Assembly: GCA_964035545.1 (NCBI GenBank)
Contig: OZ037767.1
Coordinates: forward strand, 31,078,628-31,142,627
Length of the DNA: 64,000 nt
Direction: 5' to 3'
Source of the DNA: Bugula neritina
Taxonomy: Eukaryota > Animalia > Bryozoa
Every line of letters starts with the position of its first letter. Position 1 is the stretch's first letter. Positions 1 to 13,107 of this stretch are shown piece by piece. A program made the translations under genes and the position numbers. The notes beneath the pieces are model-generated. The model saw nothing but the letters and a program-made list of their open reading frames with translations. It was not told the origin of the DNA and ran no database searches.

Positions 1-495
1 TCCTGTTCTACGGTCAGCTCTACATGACTATCCAATACGCTGACAATTTACTTTTGAAAACTAATGTAAAGCCAATCTGATTTCTTAGACTTTAAAATTG
101 GAATGAAACAGTTAGAATTGTCTCTGTTACCAATTGCGAAAGTCATTGTTTCTTAAAATAAATTTGCCAACATGAAAAATATAATATGTTATGGTAAATG
201 AGCAATTTATCCTAAGACAATAATTTACCAAAACACTGCCCTATGATAATAGATAACAAAGTTTTTAAATATAAGCTACAGGTCACATGACCAGCTATCT
301 ACTGTTTAGAAGTACTAAAATAGAGAGGGCATAACTCCCAGTAGCTTGGTGAAGAGAGGCAGCTTGTGCTGCCTTATACAACTCTGTACTTGTGGGGTGC
401 TTCATGCTTGTTTCTATAAATAAATAGCAGAGTAACATAGCATTGTTTACTCATTAAACAATTGTGTCAATTTCACTCAGGCATTATATCAATGA

Positions 496-578
496 TCTAT
501 ACTCTATAGTCTATTCTCTATATTCTATACTCTATACTCTATACTCTATAGTCTATACTCTACAGTTTATACTCTATT
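496..578. repeat. Degenerate 7-bp (CTCTATA) tandem repeat
   Basis: Directly visible. Confidence 0.8.
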
Positions 579-1475
579 GTGATCAGTTGAAAAAATGTAG
601 ATTATGAAACATTCAACAGCATATCCCAATTCTTGTCACCATTGTTTTACTAAGTTAGACCATCAGATGTTGACGCTATGTTTATAAACATGGCAATATA
701 ATATAATATAGTATAATATAATATATGAGGGTGTGATCATTTGAAAACTGGAAGAGGTCTTGTAATATAGCATGTTTTTATATTCAGAAACTGTGGAATA
801 TACTGAATCTATTTATCGGAAGCAACTCCAATAGGTAGATTCAGGATAACGTATAGGATAATGATGACACAAAATATACCAACTGACCTTCAATATTGAG
901 TGATGTTCAATTTTACGTATTGTAATGAGATGTAATGGGTATTGACAATGGTAATTTATATTTCACGCACACGCACGCACACTTGCACACACACACAACA
1001 CACGCACTGAAGCAACAACCTATAAATTGTTATGTGATTGCAAAAATAGATAAAGACAAGTTTTCATTGACATGCAGTTTTGAGTAGATATTATAATTTA
1101 TTTAATTAGTTTATGTCGAGAAAAATTGTAATTTATGATAAATCAATACATAAATAATATATCACTGTTTCTCACTGAATATGTTTTAGTCGTTGCATAA
1201 ATGATTGTACAATTGAATATAGCTCTAGTTTTAAATGAAACTCATGTTTGCCATTTGAGCCTGTGAGGAAATGCTCTTTTAAACGAGCAGTCAGGGTGGG
1301 TGTGTAATAGTCACACTATTGAAATATGAAGGTTTTACCTCCGGGCATTAATGTACCCACTCACGTTAGACTGGCACTAAATGAAAGACATGCTGAAAAC
1401 ACTCGACTCTACTGCCTTCAATCAATACGAGTTTCTTGCTGTCGAGGCTGTTTCTTGCTGTCGAGGCTGTCAGCA

Positions 1476-2453
1476 ATGGAGGATGTGGAAAGGGCAGAGC
1501 TGTGCAGTAATGAGACTCAGATTTGCGAAAATGCGAGCCTACAGCATGCCAGCCTGTCTCTTAATATCTTCACTATACTAGTAAACATTCTTCATATAAT
1601 TCTAATGGGGAAAATAGCAAAGTGTAAGCGGACGACTTACTACTGGATACTGATAAACATGTCCCTAACTGATATCATGACGAGCGTGACTTACAGTGTA
1701 CTGGCCAGCTGCTCACTCAAACAGATAGCCTACGAATCCTCCAAATCTGTAGCAGAGTACTTCCTGCGCACCAGGGCAGCTGCCACATTAGCCACTACAG
1801 CAGTTAGGAACTTTGTGCTGGCCGTGGCAAGTTACGAGAGGTACGTGAAGATCTGTTTACCTCTAAAAGCAGACGACAAGCTACTCGATCACTTGGGGTG
1901 GGTTATGGCCATCCTTTGGACAGCTTGCTACGGGGTATCTCTTCCAGTATTCCTGACGAACCTAGATGACGTTTGTTATGGGGATTTTACTATGGCTGGA
2001 ATACTGAACCTACAAAGTATAATAGTTTCTATTATACTGCTTACAGTGCCAGCTGGAATCACGTTTGTCTGCCTTTTCAAGGTGGCGAGGGAGTTGAAGC
2101 AGATGATAGGAAAGCATGATACTCCAGGTTTCAACTCAGAAGCTCAAACTGCAGGACGTTACATCATACTTATATGTCTGCTGTTCTATTCATCATATAC
2201 TCCCTCCATCGTTGCCCTAGCGTTGAATTATTTGAATCATGTCTCGTACGATACTACAGTAAGCGCTCTTAACTGGTCCTCTTTTTTGGTTCAATCTTTG
2301 TATGGTACTCTCAACATAGTAATTTATGTATACATGACTCGTGGCTATAGGATGCATGTACTGACCATTTTTTTGAATTGGTTCAAATGTTTTAGTGTTT
2401 GGCATCCTTCCATGAATAGCGTAACACCATCTGTCACAAAGATATCCACTTGA
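1476..2453 (+). CDS. Intronless rhodopsin-like (class A) orphan GPCR
   Basis: Seven hydrophobic segments; TM2 NMSLTD, TM3 end SYERY (DRY variant), TM7 NIVIY (NPxxY variant). The ORF opens at 1326, but ATG 1476 (MEDVE) is preferred because the upstream stretch contains a 19-bp tandem duplication and looks non-coding. Confidence 0.85.
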   Translation: MEDVERAELCSNETQICENASLQHASLSLNIFTILVNILHIILMGKIAKCKRTTYYWILINMSLTDIMTSVTYSVLASCSLKQIAYESSKSVAEYFLRTRAAATLATTAVRNFVLAVASYERYVKICLPLKADDKLLDHLGWVMAILWTACYGVSLPVFLTNLDDVCYGDFTMAGILNLQSIIVSIILLTVPAGITFVCLFKVARELKQMIGKHDTPGFNSEAQTAGRYIILICLLFYSSYTPSIVALALNYLNHVSYDTTVSALNWSSFLVQSLYGTLNIVIYVYMTRGYRMHVLTIFLNWFKCFSVWHPSMNSVTPSVTKIST

Positions 2454-3390
2454 ATATTTCAATTTTTTCACTAATATGAAAAGTTTAAGAATAAGAAATA
2501 GTTTTAAAGGTTTCAATCATTAGATTATCTCTAATTATCATCAGCCACTTTAATTTTTTGTGACACCCAATGTAAATGAGGTTTTCCGATTATACAATAT
2601 AATTACATTATTGGTATTTCTAGTATAATATTTAATATAATATTTCCGTGCAACATATTATGTAATATAGTGTATTATAATTGTTTTGGCAAATTTTTGC
2701 ACAGGAGTGTTTTTATACATTTTAAGTATGCTGATTTGAGCAATGTGAAAATGTGAGTTTATCCTTTATTTTATTTATATATTAACTCAATTATTCGTGT
2801 AAATAAGTTTACACACGATTCATAGATCGGTCAATCATACTACATGATGACTATAAATACATAATTCATTGTCACTCTTCATTGATTTTGTATCACTACA
2901 TAAAAGATTTTTCAATATTTTCGAAAGCAAAAAGTAAGGTGGCTAAAATTTGAAAATCTAACTCTAGCTATATATTTTATGAAAGATGTATGAGGATGTA
3001 CATTTATGAATTACAAAATATGCTAAGTTACCTAAGGGTATGTAATTCAAGTGCATGAAATATTTTTAAAACATGCTCCTCTAGGGGCGGGATTAGAATA
3101 GAAGTCACATGACACTGGCCAGCCAGTAGTGGGTGTTTGAGACGCAATTTTGTATAAAACATGCTTACAGCATATATATGAATAGTATTATAGAGGTAGT
3201 ATTATACATGTAGAAATAGTATTATAGAAATATTATTATATGTATGTGAGTGTGTGCGTGCACACACACTGGATATAATCTCCTCATTGCATCTTTTGCA
3301 TGTCTAATTATATTTACAATAATCTACAAAGCTATTTACAGTGAAAAATATAAAAGCAAAAATATATTTTGAATGTGAAAACACTTTGAA

Positions 3391-6300
3391 CTATGAGGTA
3401 TTAGAATGGCAGTTACACTCAGCTAACCGAGTTCTCAGCTTAATAATTGTCAACTGCTGCCGTCTGTACCTCTTAGTCAGCGCCTCCAGTCTCCGCTCCA
3501 GATACGCACTTTTAGCCTCAACTTTCTTAACTGAATTTGCTGCAAAAACCAAAGGAGGGTATAATATTAGAAAACAAATACTATGGCCATTTTCCTCACT
3601 ACTTCGTCATCATCAGGCTGACAGGGATAAAATACGGTAACATATTTTATTCTTTTCTCGGCGGTTATTAATTAATAACACCTGCATGACTAGCCAGTGC
3701 ATGTGCTGACACCTGCATGACTAGCCAGTGCATGTCTCAAGAGGTTTGAAAGAGAGTTCCACCAGTTTTTTGCTCAAGGCAGTAAATTAGCTTACAACAA
3801 ATGAAGTATGCAGAGGTTCAGATATGATAAAGTCATATCATATAGCCATACCAACCTAAACTGGCGTTGTAAGAGTGTTCACGCAGGTTAAATCTAACAG
3901 GTATTTCTTTACGAACAGCATCTATTTTATCTGCACCTATCTCTATAGTTCCATTCTGCAATTCTGTACTCTCAGACTACAATAGTAATAATTAATGACA
4001 AAGGAAAGAGGGTAGAATGATGAGTAGACAGAGCAGAGGTGCCATATCAGCTAACATTTGGGTGTCGTAAGAATTGTCCTCCCTCACATTAGCTAATGTT
4101 CTGAACAAGTTACCGGGCAGTTCCGTTTTCTAAAAATACTTTTCTATTTATAAATTAACCAAAACTAAACTTATTTGTGGCAATATCTTGTAAATGTGAA
4201 ACAAAACTGAATTTAAAATGATTTGATAAATTGATCATGTTACTGAAATTAGTTCATATGATGTATTGAAAGAAGCTTTAATCTGGTAGCTAAGGACGGT
4301 TTTATTGTTTCTTCTAGCACTGAGGAACAAAGTAGCGCAATTTACCTGTATTGCATTTCCAGACGACATTGCGTTTTGAGACTGACTCGAGATCTCGCTG
4401 TCTTCTGCAACAATAGCAGATAACAGTTTAGGGGACATCAGTAATGGGAGGGGGGGGGGAGGGTCAGGTGGTGGCTTACAAGCAACGTTCTTAAAACTTT
4501 CAGCTTTACAAAAACTGAATATACAAGTTTCTGATAAAAATTGAAAGTAACTAATAATCATTATGACAACTTCAAGATACCTTCTTCATTCGTCTGTTGG
4601 TCAGTAAACTGGATGCTGTTACCCCCTGCTTGTCTCCCCCTCAAATGGTAAGACTTCCTGGGTTGTGCCTGTTTCTAAAGAGAAAATCAATTAGTTGATG
4701 ATGAAAGCATGATGAAGGGGAGGTAACTTCTACAGTCATATAACAAGATAAAAGACTTACTGGAGTAAGTCTGTGTGTAGATTTTGAAGTCTTGGAATCT
4801 GAAAGAGAACAGAGCAAGTTACACAATAACAAAACAAAAATATTGACCAAGATTTCAAGGCATAACAAAAGTATTTACAATTCTTTCTGAAATTTAATCT
4901 AATAAGTCTAAAATCAAATTTTCAACTGCATTATTGAAAGATCAACCGTTCCAAGAACTTTTTAGTTAGAAAACAAGAACATAAATATACTTTCTTGAAC
5001 TACACGATGAGGTATATCAACTAAATACCAGAAGCTCAGCAGTTTAAACTCACCTTCCTTTAATTCTAGTTTAGCAGAGGACCGTGTACTCATCTTAGAG
5101 TTGTCTTCCTCTAAATTCTTTGTGCACAATGTATCAGCTACCTGAACATTATGTATACATCCAACTATTGCACACTCAAAGTAGGGATGTAGCTTGGTAG
5201 AAGTTATGACGAACAAGCACTTGTAAACAAATTTGCATTACACTCATTAATTTTTCAAACTAACATTGAACCAATTATAGTGTATAAACTATATTTTTCA
5301 ACAATTGTATATAATATTATAAACTTGAAAAATTGTTGAAGAAACACTGCATAGGATATTCTTGTATGTAATTGTTTGAACCTATATAAAAATTCCCAGA
5401 TCATTTTCTCTTCCTATTATTCATACAGGCAATTTTCATTACAGATTTCCCTCAAAAATAAGTACATGTTCACAGAACTTTTTGTGGGGGAGACAAGGCT
5501 TCAGAATACCTGAGCATCTTTAGTAGCAGATAAACTGAGAGAAATAGCAGTTGCCGTTAGCACAGGGCTTATTAAAGGAGAGTTCGTTTGCACATCATTC
5601 TCTTTCAAAACCTTCCTGCGTTTTCTAGAGTTCGGTGGAGCCTGTACCTGCAACACACCTGAATTTGATCCAATGTTGAATCAGTTGTTGTGATTTGACA
5701 AATGGTAATATGACATAATAGACTACCGGAGGTGAGTCAGGAATAGAAACTAGTTCTTCTGATGGAATAGCTCCTTCGCGAAGACGACGGGTCTGACCCG
5801 TATAGTCTATATGACAGGGATAGAAATGGTCACTGCACATCAAAGAATTCGCTGTTGGTTCGCTTTGACGACGGGAGACTTGCCACCAAAAATTCCATCT
5901 GCTGAAATCTTTTTGCTTGTTGGGAAATCTGCATATATAATTGTATGCAAAAAATTATAAGATGAAATATTCTGTTAATGAGTAATTTATTTTCTAGCTG
6001 AGTTGTATAAATAAAATATAGTTTTTGCATGTCATATTTTAATTTGCAGCCCCGTGTAAATGTGGACTAAACTAGACTGAACGACATGTAATTTTCCACA
6101 TTTGAAACCATAAAAAATTGTATCTACCTGTCTTATTTTTCAAATATTCCCTTCAGATTTTATAAAACTTAATATTCAAAATCTATGTCATAGACATTGT
6201 TTTGATTACAACATTCGTTTATGTAGCAGTAATTAATCGGTATAAAACCATAATTTTTAGTTGCAGCAGCCGCATTACTCTTTTAATAAGAGTAACAGAC

Positions 6301-6730
6301 TAACAGTAACAGTAGTGGTGTCATTTTGATTTTTATGTTCAGTGGCAGTTAAATTTGAAGTAAGCAAACAACATGAATTTTTAAAATTCAATAAAGTTGG
6401 GTATAATTAATATTACATAGTGATTATCAGTATCAGTGTCTGTCATAATGATTATCAAAGTGAATTTGATATGGTACCGACTAACCATTATTGTACTCTA
6501 TTTATTATAATTATTTTAAATTCATAAGTATTCAAATTATAAAAAATTATAGTAGCCAAAAAATGGCCTACTTACCTGTGAAAAGATATGTTTTTAGCCT
6601 CACTTTCAGTGCTAAAGCTGTAATTAAAACAGTTGTAAGCAAAACACTGTGAGCCAGTAGTTTTAGTTTTACGACGCTTTGGTAGTTTAGTTTTAGGTTT
6701 ATAGTAGTAGTCATGTTCCCACCCATCCAT
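3391..6730 (-). CDS. THAP-domain protein, 9 exons, about 373 aa (THAP zinc finger, low-complexity linker, HCF-binding motif, C-terminal coiled coil)
   Basis: Phase-consistent GT-AG exons 6730-6576, 5928-5727, 5647-5510, 5141-5054, 4798-4761, 4674-4581, 4503-4346, 3955-3856, 3539-3391. Translation gives CFAYNC...ISFHRFP...W...MCSDHF...LREGAIPS (C2CH THAP signature), then EHSY, then YLERRLEALTKRYRRQQLTIIKLRTRLAE. Confidence 0.88.
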
Positions 6731-7181
6731 TGCCAGCAATAGTATTCAATTAGCTTAGCAGCAGGCAGTAAAATTTTAATCAGAAGGTGAATGATTCAAT
6801 TTTAACATGATGCTCTGTTCAAAGTAAAAACAACGGCGAAAGAGTGTTCAATTTTAAGCATGCTTAAAAATGGCATTTAAATAAGGTCAAGGTGAATTAT
6901 TCTCGCAAGCCACTTCAGGGTTGAACAACTCCCACCACACCAATATAATTTTAATTTTCAACTTTGACTACTGAGGCATGCAAAGAAAGTCGAGTTAGTG
7001 CTACAGAGTTGTCTTCTCATAAAAACTAAGCATAAACGTTGTAGAGCGTGGTACCTTAATTTTGCGACGCAACGAAATCGTAAAACTTATGAATGTGCTC
7101 AGGCCTTTCTGCTATCACTGCATAATAAAAAATCCAGGACTTACGTCTTACAGTTTTAGTAAATGCAATAGTAATTGCAGC
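6731..7181. promoter_or_regulatory. Probable bidirectional promoter shared by the THAP and ALDH16 genes
   Basis: The divergent ATGs (6730 minus, 7182 plus) are only about 450 bp apart. Confidence 0.6.
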
Positions 7182-10100
7182 ATGGCAGCTACCACTGGCG
7201 CTACGTCTTCTGCACCGAGTCAGAGTGCAACTGTTGCAGCTGAAAGTACAGAGTCAATAGCAGATATCTTTGCAAGCATGAGTTATGGCCCTGCTCCAGA
7301 AGCAGATAATGTAGTGCAGGTAAAGCCTACGGTTACACTCCGCCGTCACCGAGTCTGAAGCGAAAGTACTAGTAGTTAACTGTTAGACTTACTCTTACTC
7401 TTAGTGTTACTGTTACTGTGTTAGGTACCCGTACTGGTGGTGGTACTAGTAGTACTGTACTAGTACTACTGCTAGTAGTAGTACTAGAAGTGACTGTACT
7501 CGCTCTCAATTTGTAAAGTAAAAGACCGACTGGCGACTCACAAGCTAGCCTGTCACTGTCGGTGAATCCGAGTTTCACTCTGACTCTCACTGAGTCTGAG
7601 ACTAACAGTATGAGTAACAATCTAGTTCTACTTCTACCATAGGCCTACTCATAGTCCTACTCATACTGATACTCACGATCATAGTGGTGATGATACTTAT
7701 ACTTCAACTCATACTCTTATTGATACTGACATATGCAAGTTGCAACTACAGTCATTATTGATTATTACCTCAGTTGAGGTAGGACTTCCGCAGCAACTGG
7801 AATGTCTAGTGACAGCTTATATTAAACCAGGGTTAGCACTTGTTACTGCATTTGCTATTTTGTACTAAGGTATATTCTCCATGCATCTCACGAGTGACAG
7901 ACCAGTAGTGTAGAACATGCTTTTCTAGCTGACATCGAGATAAGCTCTCTTCTAGCAGCTGCTCAGGTGGTTACAGCTACAAGCTTCCTGTCTTCAATAA
8001 TCTCATCTGATAATGATATGACTATGAGTATGACTCTCACTCTGGCATGACTAGCAGTAACTACTGCTACTGCTACTAACATTACCACCACAACTACTAC
8101 TAGGATTATAATAATAATATTAATTATTTGATAGAATTTATTATTATAAATTCATGCAAAATTTAGGCATGGCTTGAAGACAAGAAAAGAGCTTTCGGAC
8201 ATTTTATTGATGGTAAATACCATCAACCAGCTGGACGGAAGGTCTACGAAGTGAAAAATCCTGCCAATGGTGAGGATTCTTGTAAACTTCTTGTTTCACA
8301 GCTACTCTACTTTTTATTTTATTTTGTATTTCTGTGGGGCTGCATTCCGAGACTTTAAACTCCATTTTAACCATTCAGGTCTCGATTAGGTTGCATTCAA
8401 GTTTCATTTAAGTTGAGTGCTTGTCATGAATTCCATTATTTGATGAAAGGTAGCAAGCATGAAATATTTCTTCACAATTAGGCAAAGTTCTGTGCACCAC
8501 CATGAGGGGAGAATCGGAAGATGTGGAACTGGCGGTAAAAGCTGCCCGTAAAGCTCACACCACATGGAGTAAGTTGGCCCCGCATGTACGAGCCAGACAT
8601 ATATACAGGTTAGTAGCTGCAGCTGCTCTCACAGCTTGATATATTGTATGTGATATTGTGGTGTAGTCCTGTAGTCCTCTAACTAGTGCGCTATTTGTCT
8701 GCTCACAGCATAGCCCGTCACGTGCAGAAACACGCGAGACTGTTCAGCGTGCTGGAGAGTATGGACAATGGTAAGACGTTCAGGGAAACAAGAGATGCAG
8801 ATATACCGATTGTGGTGAGACACTTTTACCACTACGCCGGCTGGGCCCAACTCTCCGACACCGAGATGAGGAACTGGAAGTCTATTGGTCAGTGATATAC
8901 CACGTCTGTCACTCTAATCTATTGCAAGAATTTTTCAAGAAACTCTATTTAATGATTTTTCAATTTAAATAACTGCACAGGGTAACTTTTTAACGTCCAG
9001 TGATGTGTTTAGAATGCTGTAAGTTTATGCCTTTATTTATGAAACAATAGGCAATTCCTAATAGTAATCTCAGACTCTGTCTGGAAGGATTAATGAATTC
9101 TTATTTATTTGAGATAAGCATAAACAAGTAGAAACTATGCTGAAGTACCGTAGTTGTCTTTCCAAAAATCTTGTCGTAATACCTGGGAAAATGTAGTATT
9201 GTGTTCTGGCGTCAGTCTATGCAGCAAATTCAACATTATTGTTTTATTATAATATTTAGATTTGAATGAAATGGTACTTGACATTTTTTGCAGTGTTAAA
9301 AGCTGCAATCTAGTATTCTATCACACACCTGTACTTTTTCACAATGAATACCTGCTAATATTTTGTTGACCCATTCTCTGTATATACTATAAAGAAGCGT
9401 CAGAGCACCTGCAAGCACTTGTAGCTAAGCACACGTTATCATGTGTCAATACTTCCTAATGTTGTAGGGGTAATTGGTGGTATTGTGCCGTGGAATTTCC
9501 CACTCATGCTACTCACGTGGAAATTAGCTCCTGCCCTGGCCATGGGTAACACTGTCGTGCTGAAACCCGCCTCCTACACCTCTCTCTCAGCCATCCTCCT
9601 CGCTGAGGTGTGCGCCGAGGCCGGCTTACCTCCTGGTGTGTTCAACGTGGTCACCGGCAGCGGAGCTTTCGGCAGCATGCTGGCTGCTCACCCGGATGTG
9701 GACAAAGTGGCGTTCACTGGCTCAACTCTGGTGTGTATTGTGTGCTGTGTGTGACATATGTGGCAGTTATTCTCTGCATATATAGAGTAGATAACTTACA
9801 CTCTAGTGCCTGTTCAGATTTGTTATTGACTTCTTAGATGCGTAGGTTTGTTCTATGTAGAATTACATTATATGCTGTATTACCGCATAGTTTAGCAAAT
9901 ATATCTGTCTGTTCACTTTTCACTATATCTATGATGAACTCTGTGCTAGTTGCTCGTTTGTGACTTGTTGAATACTCACCTGTTGAATACTCACCTGTTG
10001 AATACTCTCGACACAGGTTGGTCAGAAGCTGAGGAAACTGACAGCTGGAACAGGCAAGAAAATTTCCTTGGAGTTGGGAGGAAAGTCGCCGTTCATTGTG

Positions 10101-12993
10101 TTTGACAGCGCTGACTTGGACAGCGCTGTGGAGGGCGTGGTGAACGCCATCTGGTTCAACCAGGGCCAGGTGTGTCCACAACTCTATACTCTCTGAATGT
10201 CTGTATGTCTTGTGTACAGGTGATATAAAGTGTGTTATCATTATTTGTGTGCTGACTGGAGAAATATTCACCTCTGTTTATTTGACTCGTGTTCCTGACA
10301 TCAGCCAGGAAGAACTAAATTGCTGTTAGTTTTGTCTTGCTGCCGTTCAGTGTATAACAGCTGACTTACCTTATAGGCAGCAGTTGTAAGTTTTTTAAGC
10401 TAGGCTCAGTTGAACCATATCTGCAGTATACTATGTGTATTCTCGCAGGTCCACAGGTGTCGATTCTCTCATGTCCACAGGTGTGTATTCTCTCATGTCC
10501 ACAGGTGTCTATTCTCTCATGTCCACAGGTGTGTATTCTCTCATGTCCACAGGTGTCTATTCTCTGCAGGTGTGTAGTGCTGGCTCCAAACTCCTAGTCC
10601 AGGAGACGGTTTACGACAAGTTTATTGACAAACTGAAAGAGAGGCTGACTCACTTCCGAGTCGGCAGCAGTCTAGACAAGACCATGGACATGGGAGCCAT
10701 TGTAGACGAGAGTCAGCGTGCCTCCGTGGAGGAGTTTGTGCAGAGTGCCAGAGACGAAGGGGCTGAGGTGAGTGTTGCTATGGCAACCGGCGTTTCCTGC
10801 TCGGTTTCTCGCCCATAGTTCGTTTATTTCTCGACTTTTTGCTTTATAGTTTATGCGCAATTTGTAGAAAGCTACATAGTACAATATATTAATATATTTT
10901 CATCTGAAAAATATTGTTACCAAAGCTCTGTTTATATCCAGTTATATATGTTTAAGTTTGTCTCCCCAGGTGTACCAAGCATCTGCCTGTTTCCCCTCAG
11001 CTGGCTGCTTTTACCCACCAACCCTCATCACTAAAGTGCAGACGGTGTCAAAGGTCGTACAGGAAGAGGTGAGTCAACTTTTCTCATTTCTCTCTCTACA
11101 CTGTGAGCCATAACTTTAATGTGTTGGGAGTTGTGTTCTATGAGATGTCATAATTTATGGTAGTATGACTACCTCTAAAGACTTGCTACCATCTTCCCTA
11201 TATCTATAAAGAAGTGACCTACCTGTGCTCATCATTCACATTAGAGAAAAGTGGTTTTAACAATTTTTTTGTAAACCCAAAATTTTGATTTTAAATAAAG
11301 CTTCTGAATTATTTCACTATCAATTCGATACTAGGCTAATTTCACACTGTCTGTATGAGTGTCTCTTCTCTTCTGCAGATATTTGGGCCGGTGTTAGTTG
11401 CCCTCCCCTTCCGCACCGCTAAGGAAGCCGTGAGTCTGGCTAACAACACAAGGTACGGGTTGGCTGGGAGTGTGTGGACGGAGAACGTCTCTCTCGCATT
11501 AGAAGTGGCTCTGCTCATCAAAGCTGGTGCTATTTGGGTTCGTCTCCTCCCTCTTTAGTCATGTCGTATTTATTGCTGTTCAAATTGTAACTGTTTGTGT
11601 AGAAGTTGTCTTACCAGGTAAATATTAGACTGTTGAAACATTAGAAAATTCGGGTATCTATTTAATTTCTCAACATATTTGGTAAAAATAAACCAACAGT
11701 TTTAAGTGAAATTTTGTTCGGTAAAGTTGTCTCCCAGTGTCCAGGGAGTTATCATCTCTAAGTACACGTGATACCTTTCTTTGTTGATCAACACTACACA
11801 CTGTAAAACTAGAAAAATAACTAAGACTACATAGCTATTAGGGTTGTCTCCTCTACTCTGTACTTTGCTGTGTCATGCAGGTCAACGCCCACAACCTGTT
11901 TGATGCCGCTGCCGGCTTTGGTGGTTACAAGGAGAGTGGATTCGGGAGAGACGGCGGTAAAGAGGTGTGTAAACTTTACCACTCTGTAAACTTTACAACT
12001 CTATACACTTTACAACTCCATATAATTCAGCCGGGTGTTGCGTGATATGAATTAGAAGTTGTCTTCTACCCTAGGGGCTGTACGAGTATGCTATGCCAAG
12101 GTGGGAGGAGAGACCCCGCCCCTCAAATGAAGAGATAGACTACTCTAAGTTTGGTGCTACGTTACAAGGGAGACCTACATACGCTGACAACTTGCTGCCG
12201 GTGCTAGAAGGAGGGTCAGCAGCAGGAATCCAGGCGTGAGTGTGGGCTGTTGGCCGAGATGTTAATATTATGTGATGAGAGTGTTGAGAGGAAGTGATGT
12301 AATGGATAGTTGTGTGGGGGATGCATGTGGTTGTGTGAGATAAACTATAGTCAGTGTAGAGATATTTTTTGTAAATCATTACTGTCTTGCATAATGTATT
12401 TCATTGAAAGAGAATCATACTAGCAGAAAGAGATTGTTGTTGCCATCATAGTAGTGAATTGATAAACTTTTCAAATACTCAATGCCATTTGTCAATCAAC
12501 GGCTTACTATGTGCTTTAAATTATTTAATTATTGACTGTTTCAACATTTTTAATTTATCGCTCTCTCAATGTAGAGGTGATATTTTCTTTAGTAATCTGG
12601 CTCAAGTTACCAACGTACATTAATTGATGTTAAACTGATTCTTGGTACCAGCGGTTAGTACATGCTGTTAGTATATTATGCCATGAGTCATGTCACTACA
12701 GCCAGCTCTGTCTCCTCACACAGTATTGATCACACCTACAAGTTCTACTATGGCGGGGCTCAGAAGCGACCCGACGCTACGTATGTGAGAGCTATAAAGA
12801 CGTTGGAGGGTAAAGCCATGGCCCACGTTGGGGAGGGGAATAGAAAAGATGTGCGTAACGCTGTGGAGGTGGCGCATAAAGCTGCACCTGGGTATGCATA
12901 ATCTACTAGTACTATTAGTATTAGTACTACTACCACTACTACTAACTACTACCACTACTACTACCACTACTACTACTACTACTACCACTACTA

Positions 12994-13042
<49 letters not shown>

Positions 13043-13074
13043 CACTACTACTGCTGCTGCTACTACTACTACTA

Positions 13075-13107
<33 letters not shown>

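Noticed and set aside
1326-1475. 50-aa N-terminal extension of the GPCR
   Set aside because: It contains a recent 19-bp tandem duplication and lacks signal-like character; ATG 1476 fits a typical short N-terminus. Not fully excluded.
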